Assembly (NCBI GenBank): GCA_965248445.1
Contig: CBDFJG010000002.1
Location: 704,001-768,000 of the forward strand
DNA length: 64,000 nucleotides
Origin: Planctomycetota bacterium
GTDB taxonomy: Bacteria > Planctomycetota > JAJSAM01 > JAJVHW01
Direction: 5' to 3'
Within the stretch, counting starts at the first letter, position 1. Every line of letters begins with the position of its first letter. A program made the position numbers and the translations under genes. Below the pieces are notes generated by a model that worked only from the letters and a program-made list of their open reading frames with translations, had not been told where the DNA came from and did not search any database. Below, piece by piece: positions 38,833-48,984 of this stretch.

Positions 38833-39608
38833 GATGGCCTCCGCGCACGCGTGGCCTTGGCCCTCTTCTTCTCCCGGCCATTCTTCGCACGCGCCCTCTT
38901 CTTCCCCCGGGGGCTGGTCCGCTCGCGGCGATCGGGCAGGCGACGCGGCTTCGCGACGTCTTGCCGCGACGGACAGACGTCGGCCAGCGTGCACACAGTG
39001 CACCGCGGCGTGCGCGCGACGCACACCCGCCGTCCGTGGTGGATCACCCTGTGACTGAAGTCCGTCCACTCGGCACGCTCGAGGATCTGCATGAGATCCT
39101 GTTCGACCTTCTTCGGGTCGTGCTGACGCGACAGCGCGAGCCGATGCACGATCCGGTGCACGTGGGTGTCGACCACGACCCCTGCGTTCTGTCCGAACGC
39201 CGTGCCGAGCACGACGTTTGCGGTCTTGCGCGCCACGCCGGGTAGCGCGACCAGCGCGTCGATGTCGGCCGGCACCTCGCCTCCGTGCAGTTCGACCAGC
39301 CCCCGCGCCATCCCGATCAGGTTCTTCGCCTTGTTGCGGAAGAAGCCCGTGCTGCGGACGACCTCCTCGACCTCCTCCTGCTCCGCGCCGGCCAGCGTCC
39401 CGGCGTCCGGCCACCGGCTGAACAGCTCGGGCGTGACCATGTTCACGCGGACGTCGGTGCACTGCGCGGACAGGATCGTCGCTGCGAGGAGCTGGAACGG
39501 CCCCCGGTGCACGAGGGCGCACTCCGCCTCGGGGTACTCTTCGGCGAGGCGGGAGACGACCTCGGCCGCGTGCTCGCGACGACGTGCCTTGGATGCGATT
39601 CGGACCAA
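38829..39608 (-). CDS. nth: endonuclease III
   Basis: ILSAQCTD, LPGVARKTAN HhH, VDTHV, C-x6-C-x2-C-x5-C. Confidence 0.95.
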   Translation of the reverse strand: MVRIASKARRREHAAEVVSRLAEEYPEAECALVHRGPFQLLAATILSAQCTDVRVNMVTPELFSRWPDAGTLAGAEQEEVEEVVRSTGFFRNKAKNLIGMARGLVELHGGEVPADIDALVALPGVARKTANVVLGTAFGQNAGVVVDTHVHRIVHRLALSRQHDPKKVEQDLMQILERAEWTDFSHRVIHHGRRVCVARTPRCTVCTLADVCPSRQDVAKPRRLPDRRERTSPRGKKRARAKNGREKKRAKATRARRPS

Positions 39609-39811
39609 CTGGGAGGCTCTCCTGAAGCCAGAGCGGCGCCCGCTCCGCCTCGCCGGCGCTGGAAAGCGAGGCGGGCCTCGGGGCGGGGGTATCGTAGCCG
39701 TTCGCTCGCCCGCCCCTCAGTACGGCGGCGGGGTGACGGCGCTCCGATTGCCGGCGCCGACTGGACACCAGACACGCTCACTCACACGCTCACTTCCATG
39801 GGGACTTCGCG

Positions 39812-40714
39812 GTGGAGATTCGGCTCCAGAAGCTGATCGCACAGGCCGGCGTCGCAAGCCGCCGGGAGGCCGAGCGTCTGATTGACGCCGGCCGCGTCCA
39901 GGTCAACGACCGCGTGATCCGCGAACAGGGCGTCAAAGTCGACCCGGCGACCGACGAGGTGCGCGTCGACACCGTGCCCCTGCCCAGGCAGCCGCGGCGG
40001 CACACGTACATCCTCCTCAACAAGCCGAAGGGCACGCTCTGCACGGTGCGCGATCCGCACGGCCGCAGAACGGTTCTCGATCTCGTCCCGCCCCTGCCGG
40101 GCAAGCGCCTGTTCCCGGTCGGGCGTCTCGACGAGAACAGCACAGGACTCGTGCTCCTCACCAACGACGGAGAGATGACCGAACGTCTGACGCACCCCCG
40201 CTACCGCGTCCCGAAGGTCTACGACGTCCGTGTACGCGGCCGGTTGACGCCCGCCGACGCCAAGAAGTTCGAGGCAGGCGTCTGGCTCTCCGACGGCAAG
40301 ACCGGACGCTCGCGCGTGCAGATCAGGCGATCGGGCCCGAAGGTCACACACATTGCCGTGACGCTGAACGAAGGGCGCAACCGTGAGATCCGCCGTGCGC
40401 TCGCCAAACTCGGGTTCCCGGCCCTCTCGCTGCGGCGCATGCAGATCGGTCCCATCGTTGCGCGCGGGCTGAAGGTCGGGCAGTACCGGCCGCTCGACGC
40501 GGGAGAGGTCGCGGCGCTGCGCCGGACGGCGGAAGAGGGCGGCGACGTGCGCCCGCTGCGCCGCCGCACCAACTCCGGATCGAGCCGTCAACGCGGGAAG
40601 CCGGATCCGGCACGGCGCGGCCGCTCGCCGGCGAAGCGCTCGTCCTCACGCGGACGTGGCCGCACGACCTCACGCAAGGGGCCGGCCGCGGGACGCGCGA
40701 GGCCGCAGCGTTGA
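39812..40714 (+). CDS. rluB: rRNA pseudouridine synthase (RsuA/RluB family)
   Basis: S4 domain RLQK..A.AG..SRR, GRLD, EGRNREIRR. Confidence 0.88.
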   Translation: MEIRLQKLIAQAGVASRREAERLIDAGRVQVNDRVIREQGVKVDPATDEVRVDTVPLPRQPRRHTYILLNKPKGTLCTVRDPHGRRTVLDLVPPLPGKRLFPVGRLDENSTGLVLLTNDGEMTERLTHPRYRVPKVYDVRVRGRLTPADAKKFEAGVWLSDGKTGRSRVQIRRSGPKVTHIAVTLNEGRNREIRRALAKLGFPALSLRRMQIGPIVARGLKVGQYRPLDAGEVAALRRTAEEGGDVRPLRRRTNSGSSRQRGKPDPARRGRSPAKRSSSRGRGRTTSRKGPAAGRARPQR

Positions 40715-43353
40715 CGGCGACGCGGGAGACCGCGACCACCCGCAGGCGAGACGAGGAGAGCGGAGTCCTCGAGGTACGCCTGCCGAACGGCTTGCTGGCG
40801 CTGATCGCCGAGCGGCGCCGGGCGCCCGTCGTGTCAGTGCAGACGTGGTACCGAGTGGGCTCGCGCGAAGAAGACAAGGGACGGACCGGCCTCGCGCACT
40901 TCCTCGAACACCTGATGTTCAAGGGCACGCAGACCCTGCGCCGCGGTGACATCGACCGCGTGACGATGCGCAACGGCGGGTCGAACAACGCCGACACAAC
41001 CGTGGATCGCACGCGGTACTACTTCACCTTCGCGTCCGATCGGTGGGAGCGCGCGCTCGAGATCGAGGCCGACCGCATGCGCGGATCGACCTTCGACGAA
41101 CACGAGTTCCAGCTCGAGCGCGGCCCGGTGATCGAGGAGCTGCGGCGGGACCGCGACGACCCGTGGTGGGCGCTGCACGAGGTCGTTGAGGCAACCGCGT
41201 ACCAGGTGCACCCCTACCGCAATCCGGTGATTGGCTGGCCGGAGGAGATCGTGAAGGTGCCGCGCGAGGACGTCCTGGCGTTCTACGAGCGTTGGTACCA
41301 GCCCTGGAACTGCACGCTGGTCGTCGTCGGCGACATCGACGCCGATCGCGCCGCAGACCGCATCATCGAACTGTTCGGGGAGATCCCGTCGTCCGAGCCG
41401 CCCGTTCACTTCGTTCCGGAGGAGCCGGCACAGGAGGGCGAGCGACGCTTCGAGTTGCTGATGGACGTCACCATCCCGCGCCTGATGGTCTCGTACCACG
41501 GCGTGCGCGTGCGCGACCCCGAAGACACGGAGCTGGACGTGCTCCAGGTGGTCCTCACCGGTGGCAAGAGCGGACGGCTGTACGACCGCCTGGTGCGGCG
41601 CGAGGGCCTCGTCACCGGCGTCTCTGCGGGGAACGACTCGCGCCGGGACACGGGTCTGTTCACGATCTCGACCGAGCTGACGGAGAACTCAGCGCCCGCC
41701 GACGTCGAGCGCGCCCTGTTCGACGAGCTGGATCGCGTCGTCTCGGACGGCCCGACCGACGCCGAGTTCGAGCGGGCCTGCGCCCTCATCCGTTCCGGGC
41801 GCCGTTTCCGCCACGAGACGGCGGCGGGCACGGCCGACGTCATCGGCACCATGCAGGTCCTCGCCGGGGACCACCGCCTCCTGGCCGCCCAGGCGCGACG
41901 ACTCGACGAGCTCACGCCCGCCGACGTGCAGCGCGTCGCCGCGCGCGTCCTGCAACGCCGCAACAGGACGGTGGGCTGGCTCCTCCCGCGGCCGGAGGGC
42001 GCCCCCGCGCGGCCGCCTATCCCGGAGGGAGGCCACGAGGATCCGGGCGCCCCGGAGGACGAGACCCGGCCGGCGCCCGCCGTCGTGACCACGCTGCCGA
42101 CGGGGCGGCCGACGCTGCGGCTGGACGCAACGCGTCACCAACTCGACAACGGGCTGCGCGTGGTCGTGCTCCCCCGCCACGACGTCGACACGATCGCTGT
42201 GCGGGCATTCGTGCGCGGCGGCCGGCTGCACGAGCGCAAGCCGGGACAGGCCGCGTGGACGGGCACCTGCCTCGACGAAGGAGCCGGCGGTCGCGACGGT
42301 GCAGAGATCGCCCGCCTGTTTGCCGACCGCGGGGCGCACTTCACCGCAGGGGCGGGCGGCTTCTCGCTCCGCTGCATGATCGCGGACACGGATGCGCTGC
42401 TGCCGGTCGCGTGCGAAGTCCTGCGAGCGCCGGAGTTCCCGGCAGAGGCGATCGAGCGCAAGCGACGGGAACTGTTCGCCGCCATTGCCGCGGAGGACGA
42501 ATCGGCAGCCGGCATCGCGGTCCGTCGGTTGATGCTCGAGCTGTATGGGCAGCACCCGCTTGCCCGCCGCGACAAGGGCGGGACCGAGGAGCTCGCGTCA
42601 CTCTCGCGCGAGGATCTCGTCGCGCACCACCACGCGCTGTTCGTCCCGGAGAACGCGATCGTGGCGGTGGTCGGAGACCTCGGCACGGACGAGGCACTCG
42701 CGCTGGTGGAGCGCCGCCTCGGCGACTGGGCCAGCCGTCCCGCGTCGCGCGAGCCGGTGACGCCGCCGCCGGAGCGAGTACCGGTGCAGACGATCCACCT
42801 ACCCGAGGACCGCGACCAGACGCACGTCGCGCTCGGCCACATGGGCATCCGCCGCGCCGATCCCGACTTCCCCGCGCTGGTGCTCTCCGACAACGTGCTC
42901 GGCGTGGGGCCAGGCTTCACCAACCGGCTCTCCCGGAGCATCCGCGACGAACAGGGACTTGCGTATTCGGTGTGGGCGCACATCTCACGCAGCGCGGACC
43001 TCGAGCCCGGCCTCTTCCGGGCGTACGTCGGCACGTCACCGGCACTGCGCGAGCGGGCAACCGTAGGAATCCTCGACGAGATCCGCCGATTCGTCGGGGA
43101 CTCGCCTGCGACGGACGAGGAGATCGAGGACGCACGCCGCTACGTCGTGGGCAGCCACGTGTTCGGGTTCGAGACGAACGCCGACGCGGCGGATCAGCTC
43201 GTCGGGATCGAGCGCCTGGGACTGCCGCTCGACTACCCGGAGCGCTTCATCGAGGCGATCGAGTCGACGTCCGCGGACGAAGTACGGGCCGCGGCGCAGC
43301 GCCACATCGACCCGGATGCGCTCGTCACGGTGTGGGTCGGCCGCGACGAGTGA
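40711..43353 (+). CDS. M16 zinc peptidase (two-module)
   Basis: GLAHFLEHLMFKG inverted HxxEH; RDEQGLAY. Confidence 0.92.
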   Translation: MTATRETATTRRRDEESGVLEVRLPNGLLALIAERRRAPVVSVQTWYRVGSREEDKGRTGLAHFLEHLMFKGTQTLRRGDIDRVTMRNGGSNNADTTVDRTRYYFTFASDRWERALEIEADRMRGSTFDEHEFQLERGPVIEELRRDRDDPWWALHEVVEATAYQVHPYRNPVIGWPEEIVKVPREDVLAFYERWYQPWNCTLVVVGDIDADRAADRIIELFGEIPSSEPPVHFVPEEPAQEGERRFELLMDVTIPRLMVSYHGVRVRDPEDTELDVLQVVLTGGKSGRLYDRLVRREGLVTGVSAGNDSRRDTGLFTISTELTENSAPADVERALFDELDRVVSDGPTDAEFERACALIRSGRRFRHETAAGTADVIGTMQVLAGDHRLLAAQARRLDELTPADVQRVAARVLQRRNRTVGWLLPRPEGAPARPPIPEGGHEDPGAPEDETRPAPAVVTTLPTGRPTLRLDATRHQLDNGLRVVVLPRHDVDTIAVRAFVRGGRLHERKPGQAAWTGTCLDEGAGGRDGAEIARLFADRGAHFTAGAGGFSLRCMIADTDALLPVACEVLRAPEFPAEAIERKRRELFAAIAAEDESAAGIAVRRLMLELYGQHPLARRDKGGTEELASLSREDLVAHHHALFVPENAIVAVVGDLGTDEALALVERRLGDWASRPASREPVTPPPERVPVQTIHLPEDRDQTHVALGHMGIRRADPDFPALVLSDNVLGVGPGFTNRLSRSIRDEQGLAYSVWAHISRSADLEPGLFRAYVGTSPALRERATVGILDEIRRFVGDSPATDEEIEDARRYVVGSHVFGFETNADAADQLVGIERLGLPLDYPERFIEAIESTSADEVRAAAQRHIDPDALVTVWVGRDE

Positions 43354-44470
43354 GCACTTCGTCGTAGAGGCTCTCGTACCCGCCCGTCGTCGCCTCCTGC
43401 GAGAAAGCCCGCGCCCGCTCCCGCGCACGGCGTCCGAACTCGGTGCGCCGGCGCGGCTGGGCGATGAGCGTCCGCAACGCGTCCGCCAGCGCCTCGATGT
43501 CGTCGGGCGGCACGAGCAGCGCCGCGTTGTTGTCCCCCACGACCTCCGGGATCCCGTCGACGCGCGACGCGATCACGGCCTTGCCGGCGGCGAACCCCTC
43601 GAGCAGCACGAGACCGAACGGCTCCTTGCGCGAGGGCACCACCTGCACGGCCGCTGCGTCGATCTCATGCAGCAACTGGTTTCGATCCACGAACCCGACC
43701 AGTTCCACACGCTTGCCCACACCGTGCCGCTGAATCAGAGCCTCGAGGTCGGCGCGGGCGGGTCCCTCCCCCAGCACGCGCAGCCGGAGCTCCGGAACGG
43801 CCGAGACGGCCCGAATCAGAACGTCCATGCCCTTCTTGGGGTGCAGTTCACCGATGGCCACGACGCGGCCGGGCTCGCCGGCGGCCACGGGTGAGCGAAG
43901 CCGAGCCACGACGTCGCGCGGCAATGCGTTGTGGACGACGCGGAACGTCCCACGTGCTTCAGGGACCAGGTCGTGCGCCACCCGCAGTGTGGCCTCCGAC
44001 GGAGCTGTCACGGCATCCGCGCGTCGCAGCATGCGACGCACGACGGCGCGGCCCACGGCGTCGTTCTCGATCATGTCGCCCACGTCCCTGCCGTGCACCG
44101 TTCCGATCAGCGCTGCTCCGGCGCGGCGGGCCGCACCCGGAAGCAGGTACGCCAGTGGTGACTGCAGGAAGTGCAGGTGCACGACGTCCGGCTGCAACTC
44201 CGCGGCCAGCTTGCCCACGGCCCGTCGCGCAGGGCCGATCCGGCGGGCGAACCCGAGCACGGCCCGGGGCCGCAGCGCCGGGCGCCCCAGGCGGACGCGG
44301 GTGACCGGCACCCCTTGGAGGTTCTCCGAGAGTACGGTGCCGGCCATCCAAGGCGTGACCACATGGACCGTGTGCCCGCCATCCGCGAGGCCATGCGCGA
44401 GATCGTGGGCGACTCGCTGCACACCCCCGACAGCGGGATCGAACGAATCGGAGGCCAGGAGGATCTTCAT
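43325..44470 (-). CDS. glycosyltransferase family 4
   Basis: GGVQR, KKG, EPFGLVLLE, GIPEVV. Confidence 0.92.
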   Translation of the reverse strand: MKILLASDSFDPAVGGVQRVAHDLAHGLADGGHTVHVVTPWMAGTVLSENLQGVPVTRVRLGRPALRPRAVLGFARRIGPARRAVGKLAAELQPDVVHLHFLQSPLAYLLPGAARRAGAALIGTVHGRDVGDMIENDAVGRAVVRRMLRRADAVTAPSEATLRVAHDLVPEARGTFRVVHNALPRDVVARLRSPVAAGEPGRVVAIGELHPKKGMDVLIRAVSAVPELRLRVLGEGPARADLEALIQRHGVGKRVELVGFVDRNQLLHEIDAAAVQVVPSRKEPFGLVLLEGFAAGKAVIASRVDGIPEVVGDNNAALLVPPDDIEALADALRTLIAQPRRRTEFGRRARERARAFSQEATTGGYESLYDEVLTRRGRPTP

Positions 44471-44551
44471 GAGGAACGAATTCTTCACTCAGGCCGTGCT
44501 GCGACGCCTACGATTCCCGGCCCGCTGCGCCAACTGGTGCGCGCGGACGGT

Positions 44552-44626
44552 GCCCCTATAGCTCAACGGATAGAGTACCGCCCTCCGAAGGCGGTGGTTC
44601 AGGTTCGAATCCTGATGGGGGTACCA
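44552..44626 (+). tRNA. tRNA-Arg(CCG)
   Basis: Acceptor GCCCCTA/TGGGGGT, D-arm GCTC/GAGT, anticodon arm CCGCC-CTCCGAA-GGCGG, GTTCGAATC, encoded CCA. Confidence 0.96.
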
Positions 44627-44660
44627 CGCTGCGCCCCACGGCATCACGCCGAGCGCGACG

Positions 44661-45497
44661 TCAGACGAGACTCGTCAGGCCCGGGAGTTCGGAGCACGCG
44701 GTGCGCGACTCCCCGGCGTAGCCCAGCCGCTCCATCAGCCGCGCAGCCGCAGGGTTCGCTCTCCATGCGTCGGCTAGTACGCGTTGTTCGCCCTCGAGGT
44801 CGAGCCACTTCCCCACCGACGCGGCGCTCACGCGCCGTTGCTGGTGCACGCGCGGGTCCTCGCGTCCGGGGCGGCTCAGCGCTTCGATCTGCGTGTCGTA
44901 CTCGTCGGTGATCTCGAATCGCCCGACGACGCCGAGCCACGCCACGAACGCCGACTTGACCGCAACCGGGCCCGTCGTCATGTCCTCGTAGCGGACGATC
45001 GCGAAGCGCGCCCCGTGGGGAGACCGCCGAGCCGCAAGATCAAACAGCGTCGTGTAGCGGTCGGCCCAGAGCGCCCAGAACGACGGGTCGCGCGGAATCT
45101 CAGGGTGGAAGTGCGCGCCGGCGAACAACGAGGCCAGCTGATCCCGTGGATCGCGCACGACACCGAGGTACCACGCGGTGTTACCGAGTTCTCGGTAGAG
45201 CTCGTCGAGCAGGAAGAAGTTCCGCGTGCGTTTGTCGAGAAGGACCTGTCCCGGCTCGAGCGACTCCGCGTGCTGACGGGCCTTGTGATAGCCGCCGTAC
45301 TCCGCGACCACGAGGCCCGGGTAGTCACCCAGGAACCGCTTCGCCAGCGTGGATCCCGTGCGCGGCATTCCGACGATCTCGACCAGGCGCGGCGGAGCGT
45401 GGACGCGTCTGTACTTGGCCTGGAACGGGAAGTACCGCGGCCGCACGAACCAGAGCCGGCGGGCCAGAGGACGCAGAAGTGGGCGGAGCCCGGACAT
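44661..45497 (-). CDS. sulfotransferase
   Basis: GMPRTGST, VRDPRD, VRYED, SVGKW. Confidence 0.85.
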   Translation of the reverse strand: MSGLRPLLRPLARRLWFVRPRYFPFQAKYRRVHAPPRLVEIVGMPRTGSTLAKRFLGDYPGLVVAEYGGYHKARQHAESLEPGQVLLDKRTRNFFLLDELYRELGNTAWYLGVVRDPRDQLASLFAGAHFHPEIPRDPSFWALWADRYTTLFDLAARRSPHGARFAIVRYEDMTTGPVAVKSAFVAWLGVVGRFEITDEYDTQIEALSRPGREDPRVHQQRRVSAASVGKWLDLEGEQRVLADAWRANPAAARLMERLGYAGESRTACSELPGLTSLV

Positions 45498-45597
45498 GCC
45501 CGGACTCTATCTCCGTGTCGGGCTCGCGGCCCGTCACGCCTGGGCAAGGGATCGGATAGCCTGCTCGATCGCTTCCCGGGAGGGGCCCAGACACGCG

Positions 45598-46608
45598 ATG
45601 AAACTCAACGGCAAGAGACTGCTCGTCACCGGAGCCGACGGCTTCATCGGCTCGCACCTCACCGAGGAACTGGTGCGGACCGGGCACGACGTACGGGCGT
45701 TCGTCTACTACAACTCGTTCAACTCGAACGGGTGGCTCGACCGGTCCCCGCCTGCCGTGCTGGAGAACGTCGAGATCGTGGCCGGCGACATCCGCGATCC
45801 GCACGGCGTGCGGGACGCTGTCGATGGCTGTGACGTGGTCCTGCACTTGGCGGCGCTCATCGCCATCCCGTTCTCGTACCGGTCGCCGGACGCCTACGTG
45901 GACACGAACGTGAGGGGCACGCTGAACGTGCTCCAGGCCGCCCGCGACCTGGGGTGTGAACGGGTCGTCTGCACTTCGACGAGCGAGGTCTACGGCACGG
46001 CGCAGTACGTCCCCATCGACGAGAAGCACCCTCTGGTCGGTCAATCGCCCTACGCCGCAACCAAGATCGGCGCGGACCAGCTCGCACTGTCGTTCCAGAG
46101 GTCCTTCGGGACGCCGGTCTCCGTGATCCGCCCGTTCAATACGTACGGGCCCCGCCAATCGGCGCGCGCGGTCATCCCTACGATCATCACGCAGATCGCA
46201 GCGGGCGCCGACGCCATCCGGCTCGGTGCGACCACTCCGACGCGCGACTTCACGTACGTCCGCGATGCGGCGCGAGGGTTCGTCGCGGTCGCGGCCTGCG
46301 ACGAGGCCATCGGCCGGGTGCTCAACGTCGGCAGCGACTTCGAGATCTCAATCGGCGATCTCGCTGCCGTCATCGCCGAGACCATGGAGCGCGAGGTCGA
46401 GGTGACGCTCGATGAGCAGCGGCTGCGGCCGGCGGACAGCGAGGTGGACCGGCTCTACTGCGACAGTTCACTGGCGCGCGAGCTGACCGGATGGCAACCC
46501 GAGTTCGGGGGGCTGGACGGCTTCCGGCGTGGAATCGCGGAGACGGCGGCGTGGTTCGCCGACCCCGCGAACCTCTCCGGGTACAAGCCGCACGCTTACA
46601 ACCTGTGA
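45598..46608 (+). CDS. legB: NDP-GlcNAc 4,6-dehydratase (LegB-like)
   Basis: VTGADGFIGSHL, YYNSFN, HLAALIAIPFSY, YAATK, RP..SEV.RL. Confidence 0.88.
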   Translation: MKLNGKRLLVTGADGFIGSHLTEELVRTGHDVRAFVYYNSFNSNGWLDRSPPAVLENVEIVAGDIRDPHGVRDAVDGCDVVLHLAALIAIPFSYRSPDAYVDTNVRGTLNVLQAARDLGCERVVCTSTSEVYGTAQYVPIDEKHPLVGQSPYAATKIGADQLALSFQRSFGTPVSVIRPFNTYGPRQSARAVIPTIITQIAAGADAIRLGATTPTRDFTYVRDAARGFVAVAACDEAIGRVLNVGSDFEISIGDLAAVIAETMEREVEVTLDEQRLRPADSEVDRLYCDSSLARELTGWQPEFGGLDGFRRGIAETAAWFADPANLSGYKPHAYNL

Positions 46609-47789
46609 CCACAGGACTCACGCCCCGCGTCGTGGTCGACGCAATCCTGTCCGCGCTACCGGCGCGCGACGCGCACCCGCTCCACGTGCCGCTGTTCGAG
46701 GGGAACGAGCGGGCGTACGTCGACGAGTGCATCGACACAGGCTGGGTATCGTCCGTCGGCAAGTACGTCGACCGGTTCGAGGCGGACCTGGCGGCATACA
46801 CCGGACATGCGCGAGCGGTGGCGGTGGTCAACGGCACAGCAGCGCTGCACCTGTCCCTGCTCCTGGCGGGCGTGCAGCCGGGCGACGAAGTGCTCGTTCC
46901 GGCTCTGACGTTCGTCGCCACGGCGAATGCCGTGGCGCACGCCGGCGCGGTGGCGCATTTCGTGGACAGCGAAGCGGGCACGCTCGGCCTGGATCCGGCG
47001 GCACTCGACGCCCACCTCGACCACGTGGCCGAGCACGGCACGGACGGCTGCACGAACCGCGAGACCGGACGCGCCATCCGCGCCGTCGTTCCGATGCACG
47101 CGTTCGGACACCCCGCCCGCATGGACGCGCTCGCCGACGTCTCCGCGCGCTGGTCCCTGGCGATCGTCGAGGACTGCGCCGAGTCGCTCGGCTCGTTCCA
47201 TCCAGGCGAGCACCGGGGCCAGACCGGCACGCACACGGGACACCACGGCCTGCTCGCCGCGCTCAGTTTCAACGGCAACAAGATCGTCACGACGGGCGGC
47301 GGCGGCGCCATCCTGACGAACGACGAAGAGCTAGGCCGGCGGGCCAAGCACCTGAGCACGACCGCGAAGATCCCCCACCGCTGGGAGTACGTCCACGACG
47401 CCGTGGGCTTCAACTACAGGCTGCCCAACCTGAACGCCGCGCTCGGCTGCGCGCAACTGGAGCGGCTGCCGCTGCTGCTGGAACGCAAGCGCGCTCAGGC
47501 CGCACGGTACGAGACGGCACTCTCCGGGATCGACGGAGTGACTCTGTTTCGTGAACCGGAGGGAGCCACGAGCAACCACTGGCTGCACACACTCCTGCTC
47601 GACCGTGATCATGCGCACCTGCGCGACGCCGTCCTGGCCGAGGGTCATGAGCGCGGCGTCCTCTTGCGCCCCGCGTGGGAGCCGCTGCACCGTCTGACGA
47701 TGTATCGTGACGCACCGCGCGCAGACCTCCGGACGGCCGAGGACTTGCACGCTCGGATCATCAACCTGCCGTCGACGCCACTGCCTTGA
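46605..47789 (+). CDS. legC: LegC-family PLP aminotransferase
   Basis: GWVSSVG.YVDRFE, SFNGNKIVTTGGGG, NYRLPNLNAALG. Confidence 0.9.
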   Translation: MTTGLTPRVVVDAILSALPARDAHPLHVPLFEGNERAYVDECIDTGWVSSVGKYVDRFEADLAAYTGHARAVAVVNGTAALHLSLLLAGVQPGDEVLVPALTFVATANAVAHAGAVAHFVDSEAGTLGLDPAALDAHLDHVAEHGTDGCTNRETGRAIRAVVPMHAFGHPARMDALADVSARWSLAIVEDCAESLGSFHPGEHRGQTGTHTGHHGLLAALSFNGNKIVTTGGGGAILTNDEELGRRAKHLSTTAKIPHRWEYVHDAVGFNYRLPNLNAALGCAQLERLPLLLERKRAQAARYETALSGIDGVTLFREPEGATSNHWLHTLLLDRDHAHLRDAVLAEGHERGVLLRPAWEPLHRLTMYRDAPRADLRTAEDLHARIINLPSTPLP

Positions 47790-47802
47790 CCGAGACGCCA
47801 GC

Positions 47803-48984
47803 TTGACCGAGACCCCAACCCGACGGATCTGCATCGTGACCGGCACCCGTGCCGAGTACGGCCTCCTGCAGTGGATCATGCGCGACGTCGCCGCGCATCC
47901 GGGTCTCGCGCTCTCGGTGATCGCAACGGGAGCCCACCTCGAGGACGCGTTCGGCCGCACGGTGGACTTGATCCGCGAGGACGGCATCCCGGTCGACGCC
48001 AGCGTGAACATGCAACTGGACGACGACTCGCCGCCGGGGATCGCGCGGAGCATGGGACTCTGCGTGACCGGGATGGCCGAGGCGTTCGCGCGAATCGAAC
48101 CCGATGTCGTCGTGTTGCTGGGCGACCGGTACGAGACGTTGGCCGCCGCGACCGCCGCGCTCGTGTCGCGCATCCCGATCGCGCACTTGCACGGAGGTGA
48201 GGTCACGTCCGGCGCACTGGACGACTCCATGCGCCACGCCATCACCAAGCTCTCGGCGCTGCACTACGTCGCGTGTGCCGAGTACGAGCGGCGCGTGATC
48301 CAGATGGGCGAGGACCCGGCGCGCGTGCACGACGTCGGCGCCGTCGGGATCGACAGCCTGAACCGCCTGGAACTCCTGGACTCCGACGCGGTGCTGAAGG
48401 AGACCGGCCTCTCCGCCGGACGGCCGCTGCTGCTCGCGACGTACCACCCCGTCACCACCCGGCCCGGCGGCGGCGTCGAACACGTCGGCGCGCTCCTCGA
48501 CGCTTTCGATCGCGTGGACGCGAACGTGATCCTGACGAAGTCCAACGCCGACGAGGGCGGACAGGCGATCAACGCGCGTCTCGACGCATGGGCGGCACAG
48601 CACGCGGACCGGGCGCGCGTCTACACGACGATGGGACACAGTCTCTACCTGAGCGCCTTGCGTGCGGCCGACGTCGTTGTCGGCAACTCGTCGAGTGGTC
48701 TGCTCGAGGTCCCGGCCACAGAGACCGCGACCGTAAACGTCGGACCGCGGCAGGACGGCCGGGTGCGCGCTCCGTCGGTGCTGGACTGCACCGAGGACGC
48801 GGACGCCATCGCCGAGGCCATCGGGACTGCGTTGGATCCTGCATGGCGCGCGAAGCACGTCGCTGGCGAGCACCCGTTCGGGGACGGTCACGCGACAGAG
48901 CGGATCGTGGAGGACCTCGCCAGGGTCGATCTGACCGAACTGGTCGTAAAGCGATTCGTCGACCGGCCGGGAGGTACCTCGTGA
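47803..48984 (+). CDS. neuC: hydrolysing NDP-diacetamido-sugar 2-epimerase (NeuC/LegG)
   Basis: TGTRAEYGLL, LGDRYE, HGGE, GNSSSG. Confidence 0.92.
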   Translation: MTETPTRRICIVTGTRAEYGLLQWIMRDVAAHPGLALSVIATGAHLEDAFGRTVDLIREDGIPVDASVNMQLDDDSPPGIARSMGLCVTGMAEAFARIEPDVVVLLGDRYETLAAATAALVSRIPIAHLHGGEVTSGALDDSMRHAITKLSALHYVACAEYERRVIQMGEDPARVHDVGAVGIDSLNRLELLDSDAVLKETGLSAGRPLLLATYHPVTTRPGGGVEHVGALLDAFDRVDANVILTKSNADEGGQAINARLDAWAAQHADRARVYTTMGHSLYLSALRAADVVVGNSSSGLLEVPATETATVNVGPRQDGRVRAPSVLDCTEDADAIAEAIGTALDPAWRAKHVAGEHPFGDGHATERIVEDLARVDLTELVVKRFVDRPGGTS

